From Hydrolagus affinis (Eukaryota), in assembly GCA_012026655.1 (NCBI GenBank), contig JAAILG010000301.1, positions 1 to 64,000 on the forward strand: a stretch of 64,000 nt of DNA. The letters are read 5' to 3'. This document shows positions 27,501 to 41,309 of this stretch, one piece after another; within the stretch, counting starts at the first letter, position 1, and each line of letters begins with the position of its first letter. The notes beneath the pieces are model-generated. The model did no database searches. It was not told the DNA's origin and saw nothing but the letters and a program-made list of their open reading frames with translations. The position numbers were made by a program, and so were the translations under genes.

Positions 27501-28074
27501 TTGTTGAAAAACTGGATTTTTTTTTTACCATTTTCATATAGGAGATTGAGCACATTTAATTAAATAAATGTAATAATTGCAAAGCTGTGCACTGTCCTAT
27601 TATCCTAGGGTCTGGCTATATGTAGTAAACTATGTGATTTCCTATCATTTCCTGCTTTTCAATAAGCTTTGAAACTGATCACATTTAAGATTAAGCTTTT
27701 TTTTAGGTTAAACTAGTTTTTCTAACCCAGCTATTGTTTTCACTCGTGGGCCACATAGCAGCTGTAGCCAAGAAGGCAGATGAGAAGTCTGCCATTGCAG
27801 AGATAATTTCAATGTCACTTTGTACTCCTAGGAGGGGGAGGGAGAGGAGAGTCATTGGTAACTCTTCACCGTGACACAGCTGAGAACAGGATCTCTGTGG
27901 ATTTGGGGATCAAACCTGTATTTCACTATTCCACAATGTGTGATTTGGAGTAACAAAATACTACCCAATTTAAATTTATGCATGGCTTGGGAGAGATTAG
28001 TGTGACAGGCAGAATATGCATATTGTTAATCAATACATTCACACAGTATAACAAAGGACCTTTTTTTCACAAAG

Positions 28075-28180
28075 GATGATGTGGATAGTCTGAATCCAGT
28101 TCTCAGAGACAATCCACAGCTTCATGAAGAAGTAAAAGCTTGGGTGAAAGAACAAAAAGTACAAGAGATTTTTATGCAAG
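28075..28180 (+). CDS. JMJD1C: JMJD1C exon 4
   Basis: cacaaag|GAT...CAAG|gtatag; 106 nt; DDVDSLNPVLRDNPQLHEEVKAWVKEQKVQEIFMQ. Confidence 0.95.
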
Positions 28181-28521
28181 GTATAGTGCTGTGGTTTTTA
28201 TAATTCCTTACATTTATGAGAAAAACTATTGTTCTTTTCAAAGGTAATTTTAGTGATGTTAATTCTTTATCATAAGTAGAATAGAATTTATTTAACTTTA
28301 TACACATTTACACCACCATGTTGGGATATGAATGAGTGTTTTTTTTCAAACTCATATTCAGAGCAGATAGCTTTTATTAGTGCACAGATGTGGTTGAATA
28401 ATGCATTAGTCGTAATTTATCTCTCTTGAGGGAGCTTGCTTAATTTTTGTAACAAAGGGAATTAATTGTCTCAAATCCCAAGGTCCTTTACATTTGTTTA
28501 TTCATGTGTTGTCCATTCCAG

Positions 28522-28646
28522 GCCCCTATTCATTGAACGGATACAGAGTGCGAGTATACAGACAAGACTCTGCCACCCAGTGGTTCACTGGTATCATTAC
28601 TTACCACGATCTTTTAAGTCGCACTATGATTGTGATGAATGATCAG
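28522..28646 (+). CDS. JMJD1C: JMJD1C exon 5
   Basis: ttccag|GC...CAG|gtaaac; 125 nt; (G)PYSLNGYRVRVYRQDSATQWFTGIITYHDLLSRTMIVMNDQ. Confidence 0.96.
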
Positions 28647-29320
28647 GTAAACAAGAGTTGAAGAATTGACAAATCACTGCTACATTGACTCTGTGTGTTC
28701 TAAAACAGGATTTGGATCCCCTTTATATGAAGACTTTGTAAGTAAAGTATGAGTAGAAATTATGTGGGTGATCAAATTCTTACATGATTAGATATTTTAG
28801 AGGGGAACTGCGTGTTTTCCAATTCTCCCTTCCACATCCTGGAGACTCTTGAGTCATTTCAGTCACAATTCAGAGCAACCCTCAAGTGTCTTGTCTAGGT
28901 TCCCATTCTACAATGATTTTAAACAGGCAATCCTGGCAGTTTATTCGACTGCAGGCCAAGGAATCTTGTGGGAATTTAGATTTGTAGACCAGATGAACGG
29001 ATGGGCTCTTCTGCTTGAAAATGCTGCAGTATTTCACAGCTGAACATGCACACATTAAGGTCCAGCAGAGGTCATGGGATAGTTGTCAGGAGGTCATTGT
29101 TCTTTACCACCTCTACTGCCTCACAAGACCACAGAGATTGATATCTTATTGATAAGTTTGTTGTAACACTCCCAATGTTTTGACTGAGATCAAGTATTAA
29201 GTGATGGTAGAGCCTTAAGATGTTGAACAATATTCAGAATATCATTTAAGGGACGTAATGCTTAAAATGTTGATGTCTGAGTCCTTTAGATTCATATTTA
29301 ATTTTTTTTTAATAAACCAG

Positions 29321-29464
29321 GTGTTAGAACCACAGAATGTCGACCCATCTATGGTACAAATGACTTTTTTGGATGATGTGGTTCCTTCTCTGCTGAAAGG
29401 TGAAAATCTAGGTATCACATCCAGAAGAAGGTCTCGTTCCAGCCAGAAAAGTACAACTGCTCAT
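29321..29464 (+). CDS. JMJD1C: JMJD1C exon 6
   Basis: aaccag|GTG...CAT|gtgagt; 144 nt; VLEPQNVDPSMVQMTFLDDVV...STTAH. Confidence 0.96.
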
Positions 29465-30529
29465 GTGAGTAAATCAACAATAATTAACAATCGTAAACAA
29501 CACTAATGATTTTACTTTTACTGGAAGTAACTACAAGCCAGCAATCTGATCAAGTGGTTTATTTAATATCACAAATTGTGAAAATAATATTCAAACAGAT
29601 TATAAAATCATCTGAACCACAAGTAATATTCTTGCTTTAATGTGTTCCTTTTCCAAGCAGCTTTTTGTTCTGTTGATCTGGTCAGGGTTCTTCACTGTAT
29701 TATTATGCATGATGACATTGAAAGTTTAATGACTGTGATGCATACAGAGAATTTTCAGTTGATTACCTGAAAGAAATGTAACTAATGAATATTTTATTAA
29801 TGTAAAGGCTGATGTGCACTTTATGAAAGGAAATAGTTGGTTACTAACGTACTTCAGAATCAAATGTGCACTGTGAAATTGTCATATTTACGATCAGTAA
29901 AGATCTATATCTAAAACCGATGTATTTGATTGACGTGGATGTTTATTTAACTTTATACAGTACTATTAGACATCTCTGTAGTGATAGTACAATACTTGTG
30001 GTGAAAGAGTACTCCCACTATTACGTTTAATTGCTAAAACAGCTGTCGCAGTCGATTCTAATTAAAGATCTGAAATCCTTATGGTCTCTGGTACTGCTAT
30101 CCTCATACTCTAAAGTGGGAAAAGTACATTGGAACATAACAATGCTTTAAGCATTCAGATAGAAATACACACAGTAGTACACATAGATATAGTAATTTAA
30201 AAATTTGGGAAGTAGAGAGGGATGAGGGCAGATTTCCACCAATATGCCCACTCCTTCCAGGTACTCACAATACAGCAGTAATGGCAATGGAGACCTTACT
30301 CTACATTTCTAGGGTACACAAAATGTAAATGTTGTGTTATTTTTTTCTCCAAAAGTTGCCCTAGTCAGTTTTCTGCCGAAATTTTCTCCTCTTCCACCTT
30401 TTTGGATGAAGGTATTTTATTCAGTTTTTCCCATCTCAAGGGCACACATCCATGAGTCCCACTCATCCTCTGGCTTCTCAACTAAATGACCACATGCAAC
30501 ATTCATTTCTCAAGTTTATTTCCCATGCT

Positions 30530-30735
30530 TAATATAATCCGTCCACAAAAACCCACAATAATAAAAATTGCTAATTTTCAATCCACAACTGTTTGCAGGG
30601 TACACTGTGCGCAATTGGTTGCTATGTTTCACCCACAAATATAGTCAATTGACTTTACAGTATATTCTGTGAAGCACTTTGAGATGTCGATAAGATGTGA
30701 AAAGCGCTATATCAAATGCAAGGATTATTATTAGT
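30530..30735 (+). mobile_element. SINE 3' half
   Basis: Family body and tail. Confidence 0.85.
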
Positions 30736-31423
30736 ACTATTTGTAGCTTATTGAGTGTCAGTTGCAATTGAACGTGTTCCTGTCCTTATTATATGTCCAT
30801 TTGCATGTATTTTCAGGAGAAGTCATCGAATAGCAATTTTTGCTTTTTTTAAAAAAAAATGGGAGGAATCAAGAGAGAACTTTGCTGATTTTCTTTCTCC
30901 TGAAAGAGTTGCTGAAGCCATTAGTCGCTCCAGGAGTGCCTCCCCAAAGTGGTGTGCATAGCCAGAGGATTCAGCCTGAGGCCCTTATGATTTGCATAGC
31001 CAGTTACTGACCTGAAAACCTCACACAACCGTTGCATGAGCTCTTTGTTTTTAAAATTGCAATGTTTCTGCACTCAAAACATGTAAATAAACCAGAAGAT
31101 AGAGAAGGATAATAACCCCCCCAAAATTATTGCCTGCTATTTTCTAATCAGGACATCTTAATTGTATCATTAAGAGGATGTTTGTCCTTGACAGAAAAGT
31201 GTTGAAATAAAACTCCAACTGAGGGAAATAGTTATAGGTGATTATTTATATTTTTTAACTTTTAAAAAAAAGTGTTTCAGCTTCATTTCAGTTTGCTATA
31301 ATTTCAAAAGTAAACTGCATTACAATGTTTCCCCTAATGTGTAAATACTGTTTCATCCTGACGTGAAAAGCGCTATACTGTACAAATGTAATCTTGTTGT
31401 TGTTGTTACCTGATCATATCCAG

Positions 31424-31607
31424 GGACATTACACACGTGCTCAAGCGAACAGCCCACGACCAGTAATGAATTCGCAAACTGGATCGGTCAAGCAAAATCA
31501 GCAGCAGCTACGGAACATTCGTTTAAACAAAAGGAAAGGATCAGATACCAGTGTGCCAGAGGAAGAGAAGATGAAAGAGGAAAAATGTGATTGTCCTGTA
31601 AGAGGAG
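31424..31607 (+). CDS. JMJD1C: JMJD1C exon 7
   Basis: atccag|GGA...GGAG|gtaaaa; 184 nt; GHYTRAQANSPRPVMNSQ...KRKGSD. Confidence 0.93.
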
Positions 31608-31708
31608 GTAAAAATCCCGTAATAAATGCTTTATTTGCCCATTTATTTCTAAGTTGGGTATTTGGGACTGTATCTTTCAACTGGGAATAAAATGTCTTTT
31701 TTTAACAG

Positions 31709-33210
31709 AATCTTCAAAGAGCAAAACTAGGCAAGCCTCAAATAAAAGGAGAAAACCAGAAGAGGATGAAAAGCAAGTTACTTCAAAGAGGCTGAAAGCA
31801 GATAATAACTCAGATACTGAGAGCAGTGACTCAGAAAATTCCACCAATAAAATAATCTCAGATTCTTCTTCTGAGCAAAGTTCAGAAAGTGAACTGAAAA
31901 ACAAGAACACTTCAGATGACAGTAAAGATGAAGGAAAGTCACAGGAAAAAGCAGAGATAATGGAACAGTCAGTTATTCATCACCCACCTCCTTGTAATGA
32001 AATGCTGGGGAATCAGAACAATAATGAAACGCAGAAACCCGAATCAATTAGAGAAAAAATGGATTTCCAGCAGATTGAGTTCAGCCAGCTACGGAACATT
32101 AAATCACAAGAAGATATTAAAGGATGCATTGTGGAAACAAAAGGCCTCAGTGACCCTAAGTCTGGAGAACCTACCACAGCAACTGTGTTAAAATGCATTT
32201 CTAAAATAGAGAATGGGACTCAATTACCTAATGTGTTTAATGAAACTATTTGCAGCAATTCTTGCATGTTCACACCACAAGAAGTAAACTATCCCAATCC
32301 CAAACTTTTGATTACAAACCAAAAAACTTCAGATATTGACAAATCAGAGATAGATGTGCTGCTTAACAGTAAGATTAGCAACAAGGTCCATTCTGAAGTT
32401 CTAAAAACATTTTTAGTTATCAATGAATCAAACAGTAGATCTGAAAAAGAAGAAACGTATAATGCCTCAAGAGAGAAGACCATTGCTTCTGCAGAAATCA
32501 ACAAGAAAAATAAACCAAACACCTCATATGATATTATAAAAGCTGAAATCAATTACCCATGCAGCCCAGCTGCTCATGTTGCCAAGCCAACTTCTAGAAG
32601 TAAAAATGAATTCTCAAGGTCCAGCTTTCAACCAGTGGAAATGACAAAAAGCCCTTTAATTGTTGATAAAAATGAACATTTTACAGTTTACAGAGATCCA
32701 GCTTTGATCAACCCGAATACAGAAACTAAACACATGTCTTTGTATTTGCATCCACATCTTCGTCCTCTACATACGACGGCACATACAACTTGCCTGACCA
32801 CGAGTGGCTCCCATCCAGCATTAGCAACTCCACATCAATCAGGTTCCTCATCACAGTTGCCTGTTGCTCTTAACAATGCACCACACCGGTCTGTACAGTC
32901 TTCTCACCTCCATCCTGTTGTTTTGCCTGAAGTTCCCTCAACTTCTTTGCTATGCAGACATCTGGACCCTGTGCGCGCAAGGAATTTAACTCCCTTGGCA
33001 CTAGCACACCACCAGCAGCAATTTTTACAGCAACATTCACCTCAGCTTCTTGGCCAGGCCCATCCATCTGCTCCTTATAATCAGCTTGGAATCTATCCCA
33101 TAATCTGGCAGTATCCAAATGGCACCCATCTATCACCAGGCCTCAACATGACCTCATCCAAGTGGGTCCATCCTGAAAATCCTATCAATTCTGAGGCTTC
33201 ATTGAGGAGG
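31709..33210 (+). CDS. JMJD1C: JMJD1C exon 8 (large, low-complexity)
   Basis: ttaacag|AA...AGG|gtatgt; 1502 nt; contains KSPLIVDKNEHFTVYRDPAL and YNQLGIYPIIWQYPNGTH. Confidence 0.95.
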
Positions 33211-34416
33211 GTATGTGTTTTTGTTGTACGTTGTGTAATATAAATAAATACTCGGGTTTGTCAATAGCTCAAATTAGTATTTGAATTGCTTAAAGCAATA
33301 AAATGTGTTTATATAATCGTTGCATTTGATGTAGCATCTTATCATTCTGTGTCAATGTCTCAAAGCGCTTTACAGGATATACTGTAAACTGGTTTAACTG
33401 TATTTTATGGGTGAAACGTGACAGCCAGTTTTGCACTTAGCAATGTTCTAAAAACAGCCATTGAGTGAGCAATCAATTTAATTTGGGGGATTGTTGGCCA
33501 GGACACCGGCAAAAACCTTTCTTTTAGTGCCATTCTATCTATAACATCCAGTTTATCGTCTCATCGATGGATGGCACCACTACCAATACAACACATGTCT
33601 TAATGTGGGGCTTAAATCCACAACCTTTTGACTCGAATGCTGAGCCAGAATGACACACAATATTGCACCATACACAATAGGAGGATTGTCAAAGTGCTTT
33701 ACACACGAGGTGGAGTTAGTGTGGTGTGGGCAGTGTGGTTGGGTGGGGGGTGACCAAAAGAGGTAAGAAGTAGAATCCAATCCCAATGACTATTGAACAT
33801 AATTCATTTTTAAAGCTTCTGGGTCAAATATGTATTTTATGATATTGTGTTTCAAGGTGCATAATTCGCATTTATCTTTTACTGCCCATCATGGGCAGAG
33901 GTGTAAGATTTTTAAAGTCAATTTTATGATATCTAGCTATACATTTCATAGCTGTTTTGTTAATTTTAATTTGAACATGTTTTAAAAATTGAGGCTGGAT
34001 CACTTTTAACTGAGAAATTTACCATAACAATTGGAATGCATAATTATCTTACTAAAAGAGAATTGATAAACTCGAACATTGACGTTTTTCTTTCCTAATA
34101 GCATTGGTAGAAATTAAAGGTCTCTAGGAGATGTCATTTTTTAAAAAAAACAAATAAAGGTTTCATTAACTTGCCATCTTAAAATAGATGGTGCTGAACA
34201 TTTATCAAAGTAAAATGTATTACCGAAGATCTGATCTGTATGAGACTACAAATTGAGAGATTAAATTATATGACTTTTAAGGGAATTACATATTTGATGG
34301 CATTTTAAAAAAAATGTTTTTACCAGCCATACTGTTACCACATTGTGTGAAAAATAAATTATGCACACTCAAACAATGTAACATTAATTGGTATGATTAT
34401 TTGTGTTTTGTAACAG

Positions 34417-34589
34417 AATACTTCCAGTCCTTGGCTACCTCAGCCCACCATTGTAACCTCAGTTGACAGCCTTGGCTTATTGAGCCACATTCCTGTACGT
34501 CCTGCCAGTGCTGATTCTCATCGACCCCTGAAATTGACCCAACATTCTAGTCCACCTTTGTTGAAGTCAGCTGTAGATCATCAAAAAGA
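34417..34589 (+). CDS. JMJD1C: JMJD1C exon 9
   Basis: taacag|AAT...AAAGA|gtaagc; 173 nt; NTSSPWLPQPTIVTSVDSLGLLSHIPVRPASAD. Confidence 0.93.
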
Positions 34590-34807
34590 GTAAGCATCCC
34601 ATTCTGTCTCTTATGTGGTAACTTTTTAGGAGAAACACTATAAAGTTAAATAGGTAAGAACAGAACCTCCAAGGAAATCAGACCTCAATGGATTATTGAG
34701 GACGGTTGTTCTTCAATGGTATTGCAACAGTAAGGTACAAAAAGAATATGTTCTTTACTGTACATAATGAAAAGATGAGTTGTGATGAAGCAGTATAAAA
34801 ACAAATA

Positions 34808-35326
34808 CAATAAAAGTCCTTTTATCCGTGACCCGATCAACTGTAACTTCCGTATAACCGGCACCTCAAAAAAAAAAGGTCCCCATTCGAATAACCGGAT
34901 CTTATCTGGCGCAATCACAGTGGTGGCATTTTTTTCCCCTCGTATCAGTATTTTGGAATGTTGCTACTAGTGCCTGAAGGTGGCGCTGCCAGTTTTTCCC
35001 CTCTCATTGGTATTTTGGCTTGCAGCTAGTGGAGCCTTAAAGTCGCGCTGCCGTTTTTTTCCCTCACATCGGCCATTGTAGAAGATAGACTGTACAGCTC
35101 TACCCCAGCATCATAGCTTCAAATCAGGCATCTACCAGCAAAGGTGATTTTTAGGTGAATAACAAAGGTTTGTTATTATCTGTCATTATTTAGTCTATTA
35201 TTAATATGGTATATTAAAATAAGTTAATTTTTTTTGTGTTGGGGTTTCGGCGTCAGATCCACCCGAATATCCGGCATGTCGTTTTTGGCCAGGTCCCGAG
35301 GGTGCCGGATAAACAAGCTTATACTG
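34808..35326 (-). mobile_element. pogo/Tigger-type MITE, same family
   Basis: TA-flanked, shared TIR and subterminal sequence. Confidence 0.85.
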
Positions 35327-35919
35327 TATTTCTGAATAGAAAAAAGATACTTTTGGAAAAAAAAGATGCATTGTTATTGTGCATGTTTTTCATATTTGTG
35401 TTCAGTTAAAATGAGGATTTACAGAAACAACTTAACAGCAGATTTTTAAAAAATATTGATTAGTTAATATTTTCTATGATTATTTATAGCACTTATAGAA
35501 TAGTAGATAAATACTCTAATGGAATAGAGATCAGGCAGAAGAATGGGAAAAGGTGGATAATCTTTGAGAGAGTCAGTCAAGACAAGATGGGCCAATTGGC
35601 TGCCTCCTGTGTAATAAATGCCAGTGGTTCTACTTAAAATGTTTGTCAAGTATTGCATTTTGATTTGATACTAAAATATACATAATATGTGAGCCATTAC
35701 CCTGAATGTTCTTGATTTCCCCAATTTTATTCCCCATCTATACTAAGTTTTCCTCTACTTTAGAATAAAAAAATAATTTTAACCTCAAATTGAACTGTTT
35801 CAAATCTTGTTGTCAACTCAATGAAATATTTAATGGAAATTGAATTAATTATCAAGATATAATACATGGTTAAAACATTTACAAGTTTAACTTGGCCTTT
35901 TGTTTCCCTCTTTGTATAG

Positions 35920-38099
35920 GAAAATTGACAAGAAGCCTTTCGTTGAACCATTGTGTTCTGTTGCACCTGCTCAAACAAAGCCTGATTTTGATCACGGCAG
36001 ACCATTGCATGGATTGGAAAGCCAGTTGCCTCGATGCTTTACAAACACTATCTTTAGTCAGGGTAAGCAGAAAAGAACACCGCAAGAACAAAACAAATGT
36101 TACAATAAATACAAAGAAGAGAGCCATAGGATTCTACAGGAGAGCATTGAAGTCGCTCCCTTTGCAACCACTATCAAGAAAAATGATTCAGTGAAAGATA
36201 CTTGTTCCAGAATACCTTGTTTACCTACTCCGAGCCCCAAACCACAAAATATAAAACGAGAACGAGAAACCCAGCATTGTGCAACAGAACTTTATACATT
36301 GAAGAATTCATTACCTCAGACTCTACCCCAGAGTAACTATTTTACTACCTTATCAAACAGTATTGTAAATGAACCACCTCGATTGTATCCATACAAGGAG
36401 ACAGTAAATCCTTATTCTGAGAAGACTAATCCTTCAACACCTTCTCATCTTTCATATAACAATAAGACTCTTTCAAAACCTCCCCCCCTTATTAAACACC
36501 AACCGGAGGGTGAAAGGTTAAGAAGCAAAATTACAGAACAGCTTTCCCAGCAATTGTCCTCTCAAACTGGAAACATAAGTAATATGGAATACAAGAGAAC
36601 CAGAGAACAGTTATCAGGTTCATCTACAACCCCCAACAGAATTATGCCCTCTTTACACAAAGCACCGATATATCTGCCTTCATCTCAACACATTGCAGAG
36701 CGAAAAGAAGGGAACTACCGGAATCTGTCCCCACCAACTCTAACTCCAATACAACCTGTACATGCTGCTGTTAAGCTTTCAGAACTCCAAAAACCTCCAA
36801 CTTTACTACCAGAACCAAGAGCAGATGTCAAAAATTACATGAATAATCTTGCATTAGCTTCTGTTGACATCTGGAAAAATGATTCAGTGAATTGTGGTAA
36901 GCGAGAATGCCATTCTGAGAACAGCAGCAAAGTTTTCCAAGTAGCCCAAGCATCTGTTATTGTGCGGCCACCTTCTGCTATTAAGCAGGATAATCTACCA
37001 GAAATGCAGTCGAACTCAAGAGAATCTGGAAGAGAGAGATCATTAATTTGGCCAAATCCAGTAAATTACCTCAAACCATCGGAAGTAAAAGAAGTAGGAA
37101 GAATAATTTTGCCCAATTTGAATTTGGACACTACTTACACACAATATGAAAAGACCTTCAAAGGTTTTCAACCACGCAACAGTTTAAATTCTTTGGCTGC
37201 TATTAGTTCCTTTTGCAATAGCAGAACTGACTCGTTCACTTCTGCAACTCAAGCAATGAACAACGCAAGTGGTAATAATGGAGCAGCGGTTGCCAATTCT
37301 TCATCTTCTTCAACACTGACTAACAGTGCACCAGAGCATGCTGCTCCAAGAACTTCAGCTTGTTTGGGAATACAAACCCAGGAATGCAAAGTTAATGTTA
37401 CATCCTCTGGTACTATTAGTACCAGAACAGGAAGCACCGCACAGCATAACGCAAGCCTCTCAAGTACAACTGATTATTACCAGCTGAAGAAGCACAAGGC
37501 AGCACTGGCAATGGCTCATTCTGGAACCACTAACGCTAATAACAATGAGCATGCAAGCCTTAAAACTGAAGAAAGTTCAACATCTCTCTCTCCTAATAGC
37601 AATGGAACAGTCAATGTCTTGCACAAATTAAATTCTATCACTAATGGCCAAACAATTCAATCAAGCCAACCTAGTTATCACACAAAGCTTAAGAAAGCCT
37701 GGCTAACCAGACATTCAGAAGAAGACAAAAACACAAAGAAAACAGAAACTTCTGAAAAAGACACGAGCAAAGTACTTTCAGTTTGTTCATTAGCCTCTAC
37801 TTCAGATGATAAAGAAAAAGTAGATCAATCTCAGGAAGAAAAAACTGAACAGGAAGAAAGAAAGATGAGAAGAGGAACAAAACGAATTTACGAATCTGGA
37901 TCTGAAAGTGATGCTTCAGATGAGAGTGAAAGTAAATCAGATCACAGAGTCAAACGTCAACCTAAACCAACCTACAAAAAGAGACAAAATGATTTGCAAA
38001 AGAGGAAGGGTGATATTGAGAAGGATGAAGAAGAAATTAAACCTAATGGTACTTTATGTAAGATTACAAAGGAAAAAAATAAAAATAAACTTCAGAGTG
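35920..38099 (+). CDS. JMJD1C: JMJD1C exon 10 (largest)
   Basis: gtatag|G...AGTG|gtaagt; 2180 nt; motifs PQSNYFTTLSNSIVNEPPR, LKKHKAALA, HTKLKKAWLTRHSEEDKN, KRQPKPTYK. Confidence 0.96.
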
Positions 38100-39801
38100 G
38101 TAAGTGATATATTTCAATTGTCTAACTTATCCATATGATCTGTGTGCTAGTTTTACATTTACTGTTACAAGGGCACAAAGCGAAAGAATTGAGGGAGAGT
38201 GTTCCAAAGTTCCATGGCTGAAAGCACGGCAGCCAATGTTGCAGAGGATGACGGACAAGCAAGATTACCAGTGCTAGCTGAGTGGAGGCGGTGGGTGGTT
38301 GAATGGGGACTAAGCAGATCAGAGAGGTAGGGAGGTACTGGGACACAAAGGCGTTTGTCAACTCGTGAGGATTTCGAAAGATTTGTTTCTAGATGGTTAC
38401 TGTTTCTTTTAGTGTTGCTTAGATATTTAAAATGAAAAGATAACTTTGCCCACTAATAAATTGTCCAGGAAAGATTGTGGACTTATTGTTACAAACCTGT
38501 ATTTAGCTTGAAGATTTGCCATGCAGCTGTGAGTGCCCCTCCCATTTTGTACACTTCCGCAGGAGTTATTGGCTGCTTTATTATCTGGTGGAAGGAGAAG
38601 TTATCTTTGCCCCACCTCCACATGCCATGTGTTTTGCTTTTTGGCTTGCGGAAAGTTTTGAAAACCTGTTTACAGGTCTCTGCCAGTACTGCCCTATAAA
38701 CAGCTGTTATGATTCTGTGAAGTCTTTCAGTGGAGCTCAACAAGAGTTGAGAATTTTTAGGAGGCTGTCAGCTACCAGAAAAGTAATACTCGTGTTTCAG
38801 ACAGACAGTCATATAAGTTGATCTCAGCTTTCCCTTTTTCCCGTTTCCCTTGTATGCATTGTAATGTGCTTTCCTCTCATGTTGAAAATCTGTTGTTCCT
38901 AGCAAACAAAAATCCGAAGATGTCAAGAAATAAGCTCACACTTATCAGTGTACAATATCTCTTAGTTGGCATTCTTGCTTAGCATAAGGAAACGTTTAGT
39001 CATGGTAGTAATTGACACCACTGCAACAAATGCTATTCCTTCCTCTGATTCCTGAGACCCTAAACTTAAAAGGGAAGATTTCCAGTGGTTTTAGATGTAC
39101 TTTATTGTCTTTTTCAAATTCACCGTCTTCCTGTGTTGTTTGTTATGAGTGAGATGTTGGTATCTAGTTTCAGGAAACATTCAGCTGAATTTCTAAGGCC
39201 TGAAACTTTACTTGACCCTAAAGACCTTTTTTGTTTAAATTTAAGATCATACAGAATCATATTTTAAAAATTAAATTCTGCCTTAATATTGAAGCCAATT
39301 TGTTTTAGCACTTGAGAAATAACAGCTACACCATGAATATCCATTAACTCCTACATGTGAAACACTCTAGAAATGTAATTTTGTTGTTGTTGCTGTACAC
39401 CCTCGCCTAGAAATCTTGGATTCTGTTGCTTAGGGCTTGAGGCAATAATTTGAATAAACTGCCATTTTTATCATTTTCTCAGTTTAAACCACAGATAGGA
39501 TATTTCTGTTATCACATAGATTTGGACACTATTTAAGAAAAAAACTAGATTACTCTTATAAAACATGTTAATTTTGGTCAAAATATCTTAGTTTTACATA
39601 TTAAATATCTTAATTTTTCAGTTACATGCCTTTAATGTTCAATTAAAAGGTAGTAACATGTCTAAGATTTTTGGAAGTTAGTTTGATTCAAGGAATGAAA
39701 ACAAATGAACCTAAAATACATTATTCACTTTAGTAGAAATTATAATTTGAGGAAATATTTGCTTAAGATGCAGTCTACATACAACCTATGTTATTTTGCA
39801 G

Positions 39802-40003
39802 ATGATTTACCGCGATCAGTATTGAAGGACTGGCGGAAAGTGAAGAAGCTGAAGCAGACTGGAGAATCTTTTCTGCAAGATGGTTCATGCTCTCAAATAG
39901 CACCAAACCTGCAGAAGTGTAGGGAATGTCGAATGGTTCGCTATCGGAAGAATGAGGAAATAAGTCTGTCAGCTGTGTTTTGCAGATTTTATTATTTCCG
40001 CCG
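39802..40003 (+). CDS. JMJD1C: JMJD1C exon 11 (Cys-rich region)
   Basis: ttgcag|AT...CG|gtaagc; 202 nt; [24 protein letters not shown]...KCRECR...FCRFYYFRR. Confidence 0.96.
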
Positions 40004-40880
40004 GTAAGCACATATGAATTATAGATTGTTTAGAATGTGTTCTGCTTTTTTTTAAACACTGATTAATATGCGCAAACATTTAGTAGAGTTTGTGAATGTA
40101 CAATGTACTGTTGGTAACCTTTTTTTAGTTGGTATTTAATTTCCAGATGCAGTAGAAAGCCTGACTTTTCACAAGAATACAAATAAAGGAAACAAACTAC
40201 TTATTTAGAACGAAAATATTGATAATATGGTGGAGCTCTATGGTTGGACTCCATAAAATCTCACTCAGTGGTATAATGGGGCTCAATTACCAATCAGGGC
40301 TTTTGCATCGACTGCACCTGTAAAAAAAAAAGACAACTGGCTTCATAGTTATTTTGAAAGAAGCTGATGCACAGGAAGGCAAACTGACTGACTAATATAA
40401 TATGTCAGGAGGGAATCCAAGTACCGGACTTCTAGCAGTAAGATCAGCTAATTAGTTTTTTTTTATAATGATTTTCAGATGTAATCTTGATTTATGGGCC
40501 TACGAATATTGACATAAATGTTGTAAAATGTAATAAAGATCTGTAATATTTCCTGTTTGATTATGTAGGTTCAGGATCCAATATGATATTGAATTTATAT
40601 GGTTACTTTTATACACACTTCAGTTTTACATATTAAAATGTTCTGCTCATATTTTCAGTGAAATATCCAAAATATATTGTTGAAAAAAAGTAATTGAATT
40701 AGATAAAATAATTATCCCCATCAAGTATGAACTGCCAGTTCTAGGAAAATAAATACTAAATATGTTGATGTTATGAAGGAACATCTGTGATAATTGATTG
40801 CAAAACAACCTTGTTCTTACAATCCTATCACCTTGACACAATGGCAAATCAAATTAAAATTGCCTTTACTATTTTCACAG

Positions 40881-41095
40881 ACTGGCATTCAGTAAGAGTG
40901 CAGTATTAAGGACAGATGGATTCTCCACTCCAGAACAGTATGATGAAGAAGCAATAAACTTGTGGCTATCTAATGATTCTACAGATGTGGAATTGGACAT
41001 AGAAACCTCCAAGTACATTCTGAGCAATATTGGGGATAAATTCTGCCAAATTGAGATATCTGAGAAGGCTGCTATATCGTGGCTTGAACCAGATG
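40881..41095 (+). CDS. JMJD1C: JMJD1C exon 12
   Basis: tcacag|A...GATG|gtaaga; 215 nt; LAFSKSAVLRTDGFSTPEQYDEEAINLW...IGDKFCQ. Confidence 0.95.
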
Positions 41096-41309
41096 GTAAG
41101 AAAAGACCTTTGGTGGCACTGATTTATTCATATATAGTAAATTATGTATGTGCATCATAGCAAGTTAAAATGTAAATAGTAAATTCTTGATTAAAGTATG
41201 ATTGTTAAATATGCATATTATAATTTTGCATACCACAACCTGAAATTAATTCAGTATTTTTGAAAGCAGATTTGTTTGAAAGGAAATTTAGTATATTAAG
41301 TTAGTATAA

